A DNA stretch of 64,000 nt from a bacterium. GTDB lineage: Bacteria > Caldisericota > Caldisericia > UBA6126. Location: positions 45,197 to 109,196 of the forward strand of contig JAJFUD010000019.1 in the NCBI GenBank assembly GCA_021372585.1, written 5' to 3'. The notes beneath the pieces were generated by a model. It did not search any database. It was not told where the DNA came from and saw nothing but the letters and a program-made list of their open reading frames with translations. Position numbers and translations under genes: made by a program. Positions 1-11,142 of this stretch are shown in pieces; within the stretch, counting starts at the first letter, position 1, and every line of letters begins with the position of its first letter.

Positions 1-915
1 GGAACCATCCAAACGGGTGGCAATTCTACCGGATGTATATTCCTGATCCACAAAATCCATGGTAACAATTTTTCTGGCGATATCGTTTTTCAGCTCAATC
101 TTGTCCGGCGGGAGTTCGACATAGGCAATATCCGGAATACGAGCCAGCGTTGGAATTTTGTTGTTGGGCAGGAGAAGGGTAGCGACGGAAAAGTCTTCCA
201 GCTCCAACAGGCTCAACATCACGCCTTCGGCGTATGTCTTGATATCTTTCCTCAAGGCAGGAATATCCACCTTTGTCCAAAGAGTGGCGTATACAATCTG
301 ATAGCCTTCTTCTACGTGATAGGACGGGTACACTTTGAAAAAAGGCATAAATTCCATCACGGCGGAGATATACGGTAATCGGCGGATATCTTCGGCTGCC
401 ACTTTTGTGGCGCGTAAAGCATATGAGTTGATATGGTAATGCTCCACCAACTCGCCGCCTTTTAATGTAATCTCGTCTATCCACTCTTTTTTGGCAGGTG
501 ATTTAAATTTGATTAAAAAATAAGTCACTGGTTTTTCGATGATATCCTCTGTCCTGAAACCAATCGGCATATCATGGACAATAAAGGATTTGGTGTCATC
601 TTTGGTGGGGTATATCACAAATCCGTTGATATACACTTTGTCAGAATCTGCCATTTTTGTAACAGGGAGTCTTTTTTCAACCAGATCTTTAAACTGCAGT
701 TCTGTCGCCTTTCCAAGGATGTACGCGGGATATCTTTCTTCAATCAGGATGCCGCTGGATTCTATTTCCTGTGTCTGATCCGGATTAATGATATCAATTT
801 TAACACTCATTAACCTTTCGGTTGCTTCCGTTCGCAGAACGGAGGGTTGGAAACCAAACGGTATCAGTAGCAAAAAAGCGATAAAAGCAATCAACCACTT
901 CTTCATATACTTCAT
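1..915 (-). CDS. Secreted hypothetical protein. Only the N-terminal 305 aa are in the window; the 3' end lies beyond the window start. Signal peptide MKYMKKWLIAFIAFLLLIPFGF.
   Basis: Hand translation of the minus strand from ATG at 913-915 finds no in-frame stop down to position 1. The start is a hydrophobic signal-peptide-like segment. This ORF is absent from the supplied track because it runs off the edge. The plus and minus ORFs at 95-813 in the track are antisense or alternative-frame artefacts of this gene. Confidence 0.5.
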   Translation of the reverse strand, partial: MKYMKKWLIAFIAFLLLIPFGFQPSVLRTEATERLMSVKIDIINPDQTQEIESSGILIEERYPAYILGKATELQFKDLVEKRLPVTKMADSDKVYINGFVIYPTKDDTKSFIVHDMPIGFRTEDIIEKPVTYFLIKFKSPAKKEWIDEITLKGGELVEHYHINSYALRATKVAAEDIRRLPYISAVMEFMPFFKVYPSYHVEEGYQIVYATLWTKVDIPALRKDIKTYAEGVMLSLLELEDFSVATLLLPNNKIPTLARIPDIAYVELPPDKIELKNDIARKIVTMDFVDQEYTSGRIATRLDGS

Positions 916-1004
916 AATTCCTCCCTCAAAAAACCAATATCACAAGCAATAATACTTGATCAAAGCATATAATATTTTAACTTGATGTCAAGAAAAAGAA
1001 AAAA

Positions 1005-3371
1005 CTATTCTCCAAAATCAAATTCCACTTTTCCTTGCTCATTTACTTTTAAAGAGGCAGAAAAAGGTTTCCCTTTTTTGGACCAAAAGCCGGAGAGTTT
1101 TTTGGTTTTCTTTTTTTCCAGCAAAGTCTCTATCTCCTCTTTTTTCATCGATCGGCCCAGGATGCTTTTGTTGACCTTAAATTGGCAATTTTCTGCTTTA
1201 CATTCAAAATACCCGGTCGTTTCAATAATATCTCCATGGCAAATCGGGCACGAGCCGATGGTTTCATCCGATACTACTTTGTGCAGATCGATAAATTCGA
1301 ATTGAATATTGCCATCTGCTTGTAATAGCAGGTACGCCTGGAATTTCTTGCCTTGCGATGATTTGAACCAGAGAGGTTTCGGGGATCTTTTGTCCGTCAA
1401 GAGGGATTTAACGATTTCTTTTGTGATGGAGGCAGACAGAATACGCTTTCCAATTTTGAGGGTACACTCTTTGTTCCGACAGAGGAATAGCTTCCCTTTT
1501 TCAATGACCTTATCCTGGCATATAGGGCAGATGCCGATGGTGACCCCTTCCAATTTATCAAAATCAGCTGATTTGATTTTCGCGATCATCTCACTGGTGA
1601 AAGTTTCCATCTCTTTCATAAATTTTTGGGCGGTCAATTTTTCTTTTTCGATAGCGATCAATTTCTTTTCCCATTGTCCGGTTAATTCAGGAGAGGAAAG
1701 TTCCGGCAGAGGGATAGCGTTTAACAGCTGAATCAGGTACTGCCCTTTTTCTGTGGGTATCAATTCTTTACCGGATCGCTGGATATACTCCACCTCAATC
1801 AGACGCTCGATAATCTGGGCTCTGGTGGCAGGCGTGCCAATCCCTTTGTCTTTGATCGCTTCCTTTAGGTCTTCCTCTTCAATAAATTTCCCGGCGCCTT
1901 GCATAGCGGAAAGCAGGGTCGCTTCCGTGTAGCGGGGTTTTGGTTTGGTCTCTTTTTCTTCCCTGTCAGAGGAGAGAACATGGCTGGTTGTTTGCTTGCT
2001 GAGAGCCGCCAAATGGTTCTGTTGGGGGGTATCCTGAAACACAATCCGGTATCCTTCTTTTAAAAGCGTTTTTTCTTTGCTCTCAAATTTTTCTGACGCG
2101 CACTCTGTGATCAGAAAAACTTCATCATAGATAGCCGGATCGAAAAACACACCGATAAAGCGTCGGACGATGAGATCAAAAATCTTTTTTTCATCCGGTT
2201 TCAGGTTGGCCAGGCTGGGCGTTTTTTTGGTGGGAATGATGGCAAAGTGGTCAGTAATCTTAGCGTTATTAATCACTCTGCTGGTGATATTTTTGTTTCC
2301 TTTTTGGAGTGCCAGGTGAGCGAGATCGGATAATTCAGTTTCATGGGAGAGGGATTGCAGGATTTCCGGTAATTCCGCTTTCATATCAGAAGGCAAATAG
2401 CGAGAGTCCGTTCTGGGGTAGGTGATCATTTTCTTTTCTTCATACAGGGTCTGGGCAATCGAGAGGGTTCTGGAAGCGGAGAAGCTGAATCGTTTGTTCG
2501 CTTCCCGCTGCAATTCTGTGAGATCAAACAACAAGGGAGGTAGTTCTCGGGTCTCTTTACGTTTCATCTCAATGACACAGGCAGGTTGCCCCTCGATTTT
2601 CCGGCATAACGCTTCTGCTGTTTTTTTATCCGGAATCTCATGCTGGTTTTCAGAGGGCGGGGGAGGTTGTATCCACTTACCTGTATAGATGATTTTCGGA
2701 GAATCTGTTTGGAAGGTGGCAGTGACTTCAAAATAGGTTCGATTCACAAACGCTTGAATCTCTTTTTCCCGTTCTACCATAATGGAAAGAGTAGGCGTCT
2801 GAACACGTCCGACAGAAAACAAGTCTCCACACCTTCTGGTGATAGCTCTTGTTGCATTGATCCCCACCAGCCAGTCGGATTCAGACCTGCATTTTGCCGC
2901 ATCGGCCAATGAATCGTAATGAGAGCCATCCTGAAGGTTTTGAAACGCTTTTTCAATGGCTTCCTGTGTCATGGAGGAGAGCCAAAGTCTTTGATGGGAT
3001 TTTTTTGTCTTGGAATAGGAAAGCAGGTTCCTGAAAATCAATTCTCCTTCACGGCCGGCATCACAAGCATTAATAATCTTTTCCGTCTGTTTGCTTTTAA
3101 TTAAACTCATCAGCTCTTTTAGCTGTTTTTCAGAAGAAGGTATCGGTTGCAGTAAAAATGTAGCAGGCAGGATGGGGAGTTTTTGCAGAGTCCAAAATTT
3201 GTAGGCAGGATCGTACTGTTCAGGGGAGACTAGTTCAAGAAGATGACCATAAGCCCAGGAAATAATATAGCGATCTGATTCCAGATAATTATTCTTGTTG
3301 GTAAACGAACCGAGCACTTTTGCCATATCTCTGGCGACCGAAGGTTTTTCTGTGATGATTAGAGTCTTCAT
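1005..3371 (-). CDS. topB: DNA topoisomerase III-like type IA topoisomerase with two C-terminal C4 zinc-ribbon motifs
   Basis: The start MKTLIITEKPSVARDMAKVLG carries the Toprim EKPS motif characteristic of Topo III. It also has ACDAGREGE, ITYPRTDSRYL (active-site Tyr region) and C-terminal CPIC...C..C zinc ribbons. The likely start is the ATG at 3371 rather than the ORF-track start at 3527. Confidence 0.8.
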   Translation of the reverse strand: MKTLIITEKPSVARDMAKVLGSFTNKNNYLESDRYIISWAYGHLLELVSPEQYDPAYKFWTLQKLPILPATFLLQPIPSSEKQLKELMSLIKSKQTEKIINACDAGREGELIFRNLLSYSKTKKSHQRLWLSSMTQEAIEKAFQNLQDGSHYDSLADAAKCRSESDWLVGINATRAITRRCGDLFSVGRVQTPTLSIMVEREKEIQAFVNRTYFEVTATFQTDSPKIIYTGKWIQPPPPSENQHEIPDKKTAEALCRKIEGQPACVIEMKRKETRELPPLLFDLTELQREANKRFSFSASRTLSIAQTLYEEKKMITYPRTDSRYLPSDMKAELPEILQSLSHETELSDLAHLALQKGNKNITSRVINNAKITDHFAIIPTKKTPSLANLKPDEKKIFDLIVRRFIGVFFDPAIYDEVFLITECASEKFESKEKTLLKEGYRIVFQDTPQQNHLAALSKQTTSHVLSSDREEKETKPKPRYTEATLLSAMQGAGKFIEEEDLKEAIKDKGIGTPATRAQIIERLIEVEYIQRSGKELIPTEKGQYLIQLLNAIPLPELSSPELTGQWEKKLIAIEKEKLTAQKFMKEMETFTSEMIAKIKSADFDKLEGVTIGICPICQDKVIEKGKLFLCRNKECTLKIGKRILSASITKEIVKSLLTDKRSPKPLWFKSSQGKKFQAYLLLQADGNIQFEFIDLHKVVSDETIGSCPICHGDIIETTGYFECKAENCQFKVNKSILGRSMKKEEIETLLEKKKTKKLSGFWSKKGKPFSASLKVNEQGKVEFDFGE

Positions 3372-3404
3372 GATGATGCCACTTTCTATTAAATCAATTA
3401 ACTT

Positions 3405-3480
3405 TGGTGGACCTGACGAGGATCGAACTCGTGACCTCCTGCATGCCATGCAGGCGCGCTCCCAGCTGCGCCACAGGCCC
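3405..3480 (-). tRNA. tRNA-Ala (anticodon GGC), CCA encoded
   Basis: The reverse complement folds as a cloverleaf: acceptor GGGCCUG/CAGGUCC with the G3:U70 Ala identity pair, D-stem GCGC, anticodon stem CCUGC/GCAGG with loop AUGGCAU, T-loop UUCGAUC and 3' ACCA. Confidence 0.8.
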
Positions 3481-3551
3481 ACTCTTTCTCTAAAAGAAGA
3501 TTGTAAGAAAAAACAAAAAAAACTCAATACCGGTTTCTTACTCTTTTCTTT

Positions 3552-3578
3552 TTAACAAACTTGTTTTCTATGTATAAT
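3552..3578 (+). promoter_or_regulatory. Putative sigma-A-type promoter for glyQS (ttaaca -15 nt- tataat)
   Basis: A -10 TATAAT lies at 3573-3578 with TG just upstream, and a -35-like ttaaca at 3552-3557. The spacer is only 15 nt, so this is a weak call. Confidence 0.3.
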
Positions 3579-3683
3579 CTTAGTTTAGGTTTTTTTTCGA
3601 TTTTAGACAGGGGATACTGAAAAACCGGTTTGCTGCAGTTCAATACAAACTCAGGCAAGACCGAAAATAAAAAGAAGGTGTGT

Positions 3684-4541
3684 TTAGTGACATTGGATTG
3701 TATTATCAATACATTAACCGGGTTTTGGAGAGACCAAGGATGTACGGTGCTTCCCGCTTATGACATGGAAGTGGGAGCCGGTACGATGTCTCCTTACACA
3801 TTTTTCCAGGTTTTATCCGAGAAACCGGTCTCTCTTTGTTATGTGCAACCTTCCCGCCGTCCTACCGACGGTCGGTATGGCGAGAATCCAAACCGTGTTT
3901 TTAAACACCATCAGTTGCAAGTCATCATCAAGCCTTCCCCGAAAGAGATACAGAGCTTGTATCTTCAAAGTCTGCAAACGATTGGGATCCAAATTCAGGA
4001 CCATGATATCCGTTTCATAGAAGACAACTGGGAGTCTCCTACTTTGGGCGCCTGGGGTGTCGGGTGGGAAGTCTGGCTGGACGGCATGGAGATCACGCAA
4101 TTCACCTATTTTCAGCAGTGCGGAGGGGTAGATTTACCGGTGCCGTCGGTGGAAATCACGTATGGCCTGGAGAGAATCGCTCTCTACATCCAGGACAAAT
4201 TATCTGTCTACGACCTCCAATTCGGCGCCGGGACGCTTTATGGGGATCTGCGTTTGCAAGAAGAGGTGGAGCAGTCAAAGTACTGTCACGAACTCGCGAA
4301 TTCACAACGATTACTCCAGCTGTTTCAGCTTTATTTCGAAGAGAGCGAGTATTGTCTCCAAAACCGGTTGGTTCTTCCCGCTTACGATTATGCGTTAAAG
4401 TGTTCTCATGTATTTAATATACTTGATTCGCTGGGCGCCCTTTCCGTCACCGAGAGAACGCGGTACCTGGGTAAAGTCAGAAAACTTGCCAACCAGGCCG
4501 CAAAACAAACTATTCAATCTCCTCAAGAGGATACGAAATGA
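3684..4541 (+). CDS. glyQ: Glycine--tRNA ligase alpha subunit
   Basis: [17 protein letters not shown]...[20 protein letters not shown]...[29 protein letters not shown] is the classic GlyQ sequence. A GTG start at 3684, preceded by aaggtg, is preferred. The track ORF begins at 3630. Confidence 0.9.
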   Translation, partial: LVTLDCIINTLTGFWRDQGCTVLPAYDMEVGAGTMSPYTFFQVLSEKPVSLCYVQPSRRPTDGRYGENPNRVFKHHQLQVIIKPSPKEIQSLYLQSLQTIGIQIQDHDIRFIEDNWESPTLGAWGVGWEVWLDGMEITQFTYFQQCGGVDLPVPSVEITYGLERIALYIQDKLSVYDLQFGAGTLYGDLRLQEEVEQSKYCHELANSQRLLQLFQLYFEESEYCLQNRLVLPAYDYALKCSHVFNILDSLGALSVTERTRYLGKVRKLANQAAKQTIQSPQEDTK

Positions 4542-6709
4542 AAATGGATACACCCATTACCGCGACCAATTATCCTGCCTGGTTGATTGAAATCGGAACA
4601 GAAGAACTCCCTTCTTCCTATATGCCCTTATTAGAACGAAAGCTACAGGAAAGATTTCAAGAGTGGTTGCGGGAAGAAAGCTGGATCAAGGCATCCGAAA
4701 CCTGTCATGTCCGGCTTACTCCAAGACGAATCGTTTTTACGATAGAAACCATAGAGGAAGCCCAACAAAAAAAGGAAGAGTGGCTGAAAGGTCCTCCCGT
4801 CAAAGCGGCCTTTACTCAGGATAACCAGGAAACCCCTGCGTTAAAGGGTTTTTTAAATCGCTGCCGATCCGGTACCTATGAAATCCGGACTGTAGAGAAT
4901 GGGCAGTATGTGTTCGGATTATCCAGACCCGGGAATCAAACCGTGATCGATTTTTTCCATCAACAATTTCCAGGCTTTTTGTTAAGTTTTCCTTATGAAA
5001 AGCTCATGAGATGGGGGCAATACCAATTTATCAGGCCGATCAAGTGGGTACTGGCTTTATACGGCTCTACCCTGATTCCAATGACCATTCTGGATACCGA
5101 CTCAAAGCTGGCAACCCGGTTACTACAGGGCCAGGGAGAAAGAGTGGTGAATTCTTCGGAAGAATATTACCATCTGATGCACCAAAACGGAATAGTATTG
5201 TCTATATCGGAAAGAGAAGCACTGATTGAAGCTCAGATCCGTGAGAAAATTAAAAACCGAAATTTATTTTCCGCCAGATTTTATATTGTTACGGAAAACG
5301 CTTGCAGAACTGAGGTGCCTGTGGTGGTGGAAGCTTTATTCCCGCTATCCTTCACGGCTCTGCCGAAAGAAATTATCGAAACGGTACTGACCGCTCAAAT
5401 GAAATGTTTTCCTCTTTATGAGGCAGAAACCAAACAGCTCACCAACCGTTTTTTGTTTGTGATGAATGGAGAACGCAATACTGAATTGGTCAAAAAGGGA
5501 TTTGAGAAAGTGGTGACAGCCAGGTTATCCGACGCTGCTTATTTTTATCAGCAGGACAAAAAAATACCATTTTCTACCCGAAAAGACTGGCTATCAAAAG
5601 TCATGTTCATGGAAAAATTAGGCACGATGGACCAAAAAGTACAGCGCGTTGCTTATATGGCTGAGAAATTAGGTTCTTATGAGGAAATTCAACGATATTC
5701 AGAAAACGGTCTTTTACCTCAGGTCATTCAGCTGTATAAACTCGATTTGACCACCTTGCTCGTACAGGAATTAACTGAATTACAAGGAACAGTGGGTAAA
5801 ATCTACATACAAGAATCAGATGAATTTGATTTGATAAACGATGTGAAGGATAGAGATGAGATTGCTCGAGCGGTGGAAGAAAGCTATCGACCAAAATCAG
5901 ATGAAGATACGATTGAAGATTTAAGTCGATTAGGCGTTATGATCAATCTATTAGATCGGTGGGATACCTGGATAGGTGTACACTGTATCGGTCTTAACTT
6001 ATCCTCCTCAGGTGATCCGCTCGGAATCCGAAGAACCGTCAACGGTTTGTTAAGTATTTTAGGAAAAAGACCCGGAACCATCCCTTTATCTGAGTATCTT
6101 CGTGTCGGATTAGAAGCCTATCAACAGATTAATGAGATCAGCTTCGATATCGATAAAGTGAAAAGCGACTGGAATGCTTATTATCTTCAGCGTATGCGTT
6201 CCTTATTATCCGGCTCTGTCCACTTTGGCAAGCATCGATATGATATCGTACAAGCTGTGCTGAACAACACAGGTTCACTGCAAATTCAATCGCCTTATGA
6301 GATGAGCGTTAAAGTAGATTTATTAGAAAAAGAAATCCTGAACCCGGAGCTAAAAGAACAACTAAAGGAGTTATACCAATCCTTTATCAGAATGCAAAAG
6401 ATTACCAACGTGACTTTTTCACCAGGCTTACCTAAAGATTCATTGTTTGAATCCAATGCAGAGGAAGCGCTTTGGATGGCTGGCAAAACGGTAGAAAATG
6501 AATGGAATCATTGTGGTATCAATTCAGTTTTAGCACTTCTTTACAAGCTTAACAAACCAATACAGCGATTTTTTGACGAAGTCATGGTGATGGTCGATTC
6601 ACCCTCTATAAGAGAGAACCGACTCAGGTTATTGTCCTGGTTGCTATCGATGATGTCCGACTTTGCTGATTTTTCAAAAATTGTATTCGAGGGAGGAAAT
6701 GAACAATGA
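4538..6709 (+). CDS. glyS: Glycine--tRNA ligase beta subunit
   Basis: It overlaps the glyQ stop (ATGA), is 723 aa long, and has an N-terminal region typical of GlyS ([17 protein letters not shown]). Confidence 0.85.
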   Translation: MKMDTPITATNYPAWLIEIGTEELPSSYMPLLERKLQERFQEWLREESWIKASETCHVRLTPRRIVFTIETIEEAQQKKEEWLKGPPVKAAFTQDNQETPALKGFLNRCRSGTYEIRTVENGQYVFGLSRPGNQTVIDFFHQQFPGFLLSFPYEKLMRWGQYQFIRPIKWVLALYGSTLIPMTILDTDSKLATRLLQGQGERVVNSSEEYYHLMHQNGIVLSISEREALIEAQIREKIKNRNLFSARFYIVTENACRTEVPVVVEALFPLSFTALPKEIIETVLTAQMKCFPLYEAETKQLTNRFLFVMNGERNTELVKKGFEKVVTARLSDAAYFYQQDKKIPFSTRKDWLSKVMFMEKLGTMDQKVQRVAYMAEKLGSYEEIQRYSENGLLPQVIQLYKLDLTTLLVQELTELQGTVGKIYIQESDEFDLINDVKDRDEIARAVEESYRPKSDEDTIEDLSRLGVMINLLDRWDTWIGVHCIGLNLSSSGDPLGIRRTVNGLLSILGKRPGTIPLSEYLRVGLEAYQQINEISFDIDKVKSDWNAYYLQRMRSLLSGSVHFGKHRYDIVQAVLNNTGSLQIQSPYEMSVKVDLLEKEILNPELKEQLKELYQSFIRMQKITNVTFSPGLPKDSLFESNAEEALWMAGKTVENEWNHCGINSVLALLYKLNKPIQRFFDEVMVMVDSPSIRENRLRLLSWLLSMMSDFADFSKIVFEGGNEQ

Positions 6710-9330
6710 AAAAAATGGTGTACCAATTCCACGAAGGAACCAAAGAGATGAAAGCAATCTTGGGAGGCAAAGGAGCCGGACTATCCGAGATGGCCAGAAT
6801 GGGAATACCGGTTCCGCCCGGTTTTACGATCTCTGCCGAAGTATGTGAGTATTATTACCAGCATGAACAGCAATACCCCGAAGAGTTATGGGATGAAATC
6901 AAATCTCATCTTGCCCAGATGGAGAAAGATACCGGCAAAGCTTTCGGGAATCCTCAGAATCCGTTGTTAGTCTCCGTCAGATCCGGTGCGGCTGTCAGTA
7001 TGCCCGGCATGATGGACACGATTCTGAACCTTGGCCTGAATGACGATATTGTGGCAAAATGGTTATCCGGCACCGGCCATACTCGTTTTGTATATGATTC
7101 ATACCGACGTCTCCTGCAGATGTTCGGCAATGTGGTATATGAGATTGAGCACGCCCAGTTTGAAAAAGTATTGCACCAAGTGAAGACGGCGAAGGGGTAT
7201 ACCCTGGACAACGAACTGCAGATTGAAGACCTGAAACAAGTCATCGAAGGATACGAACAACTGTATGTCACCATCAAAGGGAAAGCTTTCCCGCAAGATC
7301 CGTGGGAACAGCTAACCGATGCCATCGGTGCGGTCATCAAGTCCTGGAATAACAACAGGGCGATTGTATACCGCCGTCTGAATAAAATTGATGGATTACT
7401 GGGCACGGCTGTGAATATCCAGAGCATGGTCTTTGGCAACCGGAACCACCAGTCGGGCACGGGGGTGTGTTTTACCCGAAACCCATCCACCGGCGAGAAA
7501 GTATTATACGGTGAATTTCTGATCAATGCACAGGGAGAAGATGTCGTCGCCGGCATCCGTACTCCCCAGAAAATATCCGAATTAAAATCCGTCATGCCGA
7601 CATGCTATGACCAATTACTCGCTACCTGTGAGAAACTGGAAAACCATTACCGCGACATGCAGGACATAGAATTTACGATTGAAGACAACCGGCTGTTTTT
7701 GTTGCAGACCAGATCCGGTAAGCGCACCGGGGCTGCTGCCGTGAAAGTAGCGGTTGATTTGTTTGAAGAAGACAGAATATCCAAAGAAGAGGCTTTAATC
7801 AGAGTCCAGCCAGATCAGCTGAACCAGTTATTACATCCCCGGTTTGATCCCGTAGAAAAGGAAAAGGTCCCTGTTTTGGCAAAAGGACTGCCGGCTTCTC
7901 CCGGCGCTGCCGTCGGTAAAGTAGTGTTTACCGCGCAGAGAGCGGAAGAAGAAGCCGCCAATCATGTTCCGGTGATCCTTGTCCGGGAAGAGACCTCTCC
8001 CGAAGACATTCGCGGAATGAACGTTGCAAACGGCATTCTCACTGCCAGGGGCGGAATGACTTCCCATGCGGCTGTAGTCGCAAGAGGGATGGGCAAATGC
8101 TGCGTATCGGGTGTGGATAGCATCGTGGTGGATGAAGAAAAAAGAGAATTTCGCACAAAATCCGGAACGGTAGTCAAAGAATTTGACACGATCAGTTTGG
8201 ACGGTACATCAGGAGAAGTATTTGCTCAGGCCATACCGACCATCACTCCGCACATGGGTGAGGATATGACAAAATTACTCGATTGGGCTGACAGCTATCG
8301 AAAATTGAAGATCAGGACCAATGCCGATACACCAAAGGATGCTGAACAAGCCAGAAAATTCGGAGCTGAGGGAATCGGTCTGTGCAGAACAGAGCATATG
8401 TTTTTTGAAGGAGACAGGATACAGGCAGTCAGAGAGATGATTCTTTCGGATACACTGGCCGGAAGGGAAAAAGCGTTAGCGAAGATACTCCCCATGCAAA
8501 GAGAAGATTTTATCGGTATTTTCAAAGCGATGAAAGGTTTCCCGGTCACGATTCGGTTGCTGGATCCGCCTTTGCACGAGTTTTTGCCGACAGATGAAGG
8601 AGATATCCAGGAATTGGCAACAGAACTTCATATTTCGGTAGATAAGGTGAAGGATAAAATACAATCCCTGAAAGAATTCAATCCAATGCTGGGTCATCGC
8701 GGGTGTCGCTTAGGCATCACCTTTCCCGAAATTACCATAATGCAAACACGTGCTATCATGGAAGCTGTCTGCTTGGTTTCAAAACAGGACCATGTGTCCA
8801 TCGTGCCGGAAATTATGGTACCGTTGGTTGGCTCTGAAAAAGAGCTTCAATCGCAAAAAACGGTCATTGATCTTACCGCTGCCAAGGTTTTTACCGAGCA
8901 GGGATTGACACTTCCCTATCTGGTCGGCACGATGATCGAAGTACCCCGTGCAGCCCTGACAGCTTATGAAATTGCTGACCAAGCCCAATTTTTCTCTTTT
9001 GGCACCAATGACCTGACCCAAATGACTTTTGGATTTTCCCGGGACGATGCCAATAAATTCCTGCCGTATTATGTAGAACACAAGATTTTACCCGAAGATC
9101 CTTTTATTTCCATCGATACCAAAGGAGTGGGAAGACTGATTAAAATAGCCTCTGAAGAAGGCAGACAGAGAAGGCCGGATTTAAAGATCGGCATCTGTGG
9201 AGAGCATGGAGGAGATCCCGATTCCATAGAGTTTTGTCATCAAGTCGGTTTAAGCTATGTCAGCTGTTCTCCGTTTCGAGTGCCTATCGCCAGGTTGGCT
9301 GCGGCAAGAGCGGCGATTCAGTATCCTTAA
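6706..9330 (+). CDS. ppdK: Pyruvate, phosphate dikinase
   Basis: [47 protein letters not shown], together with the central phospho-His domain (GGMTSHAAVVARGMGKCCVSG) and C-terminal PEP-utilising TIM barrel motifs. The product is 874 aa. Confidence 0.9.
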   Translation: MKKMVYQFHEGTKEMKAILGGKGAGLSEMARMGIPVPPGFTISAEVCEYYYQHEQQYPEELWDEIKSHLAQMEKDTGKAFGNPQNPLLVSVRSGAAVSMPGMMDTILNLGLNDDIVAKWLSGTGHTRFVYDSYRRLLQMFGNVVYEIEHAQFEKVLHQVKTAKGYTLDNELQIEDLKQVIEGYEQLYVTIKGKAFPQDPWEQLTDAIGAVIKSWNNNRAIVYRRLNKIDGLLGTAVNIQSMVFGNRNHQSGTGVCFTRNPSTGEKVLYGEFLINAQGEDVVAGIRTPQKISELKSVMPTCYDQLLATCEKLENHYRDMQDIEFTIEDNRLFLLQTRSGKRTGAAAVKVAVDLFEEDRISKEEALIRVQPDQLNQLLHPRFDPVEKEKVPVLAKGLPASPGAAVGKVVFTAQRAEEEAANHVPVILVREETSPEDIRGMNVANGILTARGGMTSHAAVVARGMGKCCVSGVDSIVVDEEKREFRTKSGTVVKEFDTISLDGTSGEVFAQAIPTITPHMGEDMTKLLDWADSYRKLKIRTNADTPKDAEQARKFGAEGIGLCRTEHMFFEGDRIQAVREMILSDTLAGREKALAKILPMQREDFIGIFKAMKGFPVTIRLLDPPLHEFLPTDEGDIQELATELHISVDKVKDKIQSLKEFNPMLGHRGCRLGITFPEITIMQTRAIMEAVCLVSKQDHVSIVPEIMVPLVGSEKELQSQKTVIDLTAAKVFTEQGLTLPYLVGTMIEVPRAALTAYEIADQAQFFSFGTNDLTQMTFGFSRDDANKFLPYYVEHKILPEDPFISIDTKGVGRLIKIASEEGRQRRPDLKIGICGEHGGDPDSIEFCHQVGLSYVSCSPFRVPIARLAAARAAIQYP

Positions 9331-9396
9331 AACTTGCGAAACCGGGTGGGTGGTTTTCAAACTACCCACCCTGATTATAATGGATCGGGGAATCAT

Positions 9397-11142
9397 ATGG
9401 ATTTGACTTCTTATGTCAACCAATTAAAGGACCAGATTTCTATTGTAGAGGTGATTGGAAAAGTCATCTCTCTGAAAAAAGCCGGTCGGAATTTTGTCGG
9501 ATTATGCCCGTTTCATGGTGAGAAAACACCTTCCTTTACTGTCAATGACGACAAAGGGATCTTTTTTTGTTTCGGGTGTAAAGCCGGTGGGGATGTTATA
9601 CATTTTTATATGAAATACCATCAGGTATCCTTTAAAGAAGCTGTGGAGGCTCTCTCATCCATAGCGGGATTACCTGAGTACAGCTGGAGTACGGATGAAT
9701 CGTCTGATTCGAAAGACCAATACACTTTGATTATGGAAGAAGCCAAACGTTTTTTCATCGAAAATCTACAAGAAACCACCGATGGGATGAAATATCTTCA
9801 CCAAAGAGAGATCTCAGAGGAGATCATCCATCAGTACCAGTTAGGTTTTGCTCCGGCAGACTCCAGGTCTTTGCTGTCTCTTTTTAATTCAAAAAAGCTT
9901 GATAAAGAAAAAGGCTGTTACCTTGGATTACTGCATGCTGACAGCCAGGGACAGCATTATGCTTATTACCGGGATAGGGTGATTTTTCCGATCATGAATA
10001 CGTCCGGTAAGACGATTGGCTTTGGGGGACGTTCGATCCATGCCGATCAACAACCAAAATATGTCAATAGCCCCGACCAGATTTTATTTCATAAAGGGCA
10101 GCAGCTATACGGATTATTTCAAGCCAAAACGGCTATCCAGCAGGAAGGTAAAGTACTGATTGCCGAAGGGTATATGGATGTGCTGACCTTGGTTCAGTAC
10201 CATTTTCCTTATGCAGTGGCTACGCTGGGTACCGCACTCACCAAAGACCATACAAAATTGCTATCCAGACTTCATGCTGAAATATATGTATGTTTTGACC
10301 ACGACGAAGCGGGGGAGAAAGCCACTGAAAAAGCGATCCAGGTGTTGCTAAGCCAGGGATTGCATGCCAAAGTGATCGTTTTGGGAGAAGGATACAAGGA
10401 CCCTGATGAGGTTTTAAAAAAAGGCGGCGAGACGATTTTCAGAGAGTATTTGGACAAAGCCGAACCTATGCTGGATTATTACTGGAATCGAATAAACAGG
10501 GAAAAATCTGCTAACAGCGAAGAATTGAAAGACAGAACCAACCGGATGTTTGAAATGCTGGCGTATTCCTCTGAAGCCATCCTGCACGATCAGGTGATCA
10601 AGAAAATGGCTTATGATCTGCATATTCTTCCTAATATTCTTTGGGATCAATTCCGGTATAAACATCAGCTTGAAAAAACAGGGTACTTGAAACGCCCCTC
10701 GGTGAAACAAGCGAGGGACTTTGAAGGGTATATCCCCTCTCTTGAAGGAGAAAGGGTGTTATTAAAAGCGTTATTGGATGAGGAGACTGATTGGGGCAAG
10801 GCTATCTACTCCTATATACAGGAGGAGGATTTTTCTTCTCTTTTTCATAGAAGACTGTTCCATACCCTTAAGGAGTTGTATCCGGAACACCCCTGTAGTA
10901 AAATTAATGAATTATGCCCAGTGGAGATTGAACAGGATATCATGAGCGGGATAATGGAACTTAGTATCCTGGATTCCAGTTTTATCAACAGGATTTCTAT
11001 AGAACAAGTGTTGCGAAAAACGAGTGAGAATAAAAAGAGAAAAGTTTCCAGGCATATATTGCAGAAAATCAAGGAAGCGGAAGCAAACGGCGATGATGAA
11101 AGTTGCCGTCGTTTAAGAGAGGAGCTGAAGAAAATTGTCTGA
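9397..11142 (+). CDS. dnaG: DNA primase
   Basis: CHC2 zinc finger [14 protein letters not shown]...[15 protein letters not shown] and the Toprim domain EGYMDVLTL. The start MDLTSY at 9397 is preferred over the track start at 9334. Confidence 0.9.
   Translation: MDLTSYVNQLKDQISIVEVIGKVISLKKAGRNFVGLCPFHGEKTPSFTVNDDKGIFFCFGCKAGGDVIHFYMKYHQVSFKEAVEALSSIAGLPEYSWSTDESSDSKDQYTLIMEEAKRFFIENLQETTDGMKYLHQREISEEIIHQYQLGFAPADSRSLLSLFNSKKLDKEKGCYLGLLHADSQGQHYAYYRDRVIFPIMNTSGKTIGFGGRSIHADQQPKYVNSPDQILFHKGQQLYGLFQAKTAIQQEGKVLIAEGYMDVLTLVQYHFPYAVATLGTALTKDHTKLLSRLHAEIYVCFDHDEAGEKATEKAIQVLLSQGLHAKVIVLGEGYKDPDEVLKKGGETIFREYLDKAEPMLDYYWNRINREKSANSEELKDRTNRMFEMLAYSSEAILHDQVIKKMAYDLHILPNILWDQFRYKHQLEKTGYLKRPSVKQARDFEGYIPSLEGERVLLKALLDEETDWGKAIYSYIQEEDFSSLFHRRLFHTLKELYPEHPCSKINELCPVEIEQDIMSGIMELSILDSSFINRISIEQVLRKTSENKKRKVSRHILQKIKEAEANGDDESCRRLREELKKIV

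Noticed and set aside
95-813. Track ORFs 95-484 (-), 539-778 (+) and 574-813 (+)
   Set aside because: They lie entirely inside, and in other frames of, a longer minus-strand gene (1-915) that has a proper ATG, a signal peptide and no stops. They are treated as shadow ORFs.
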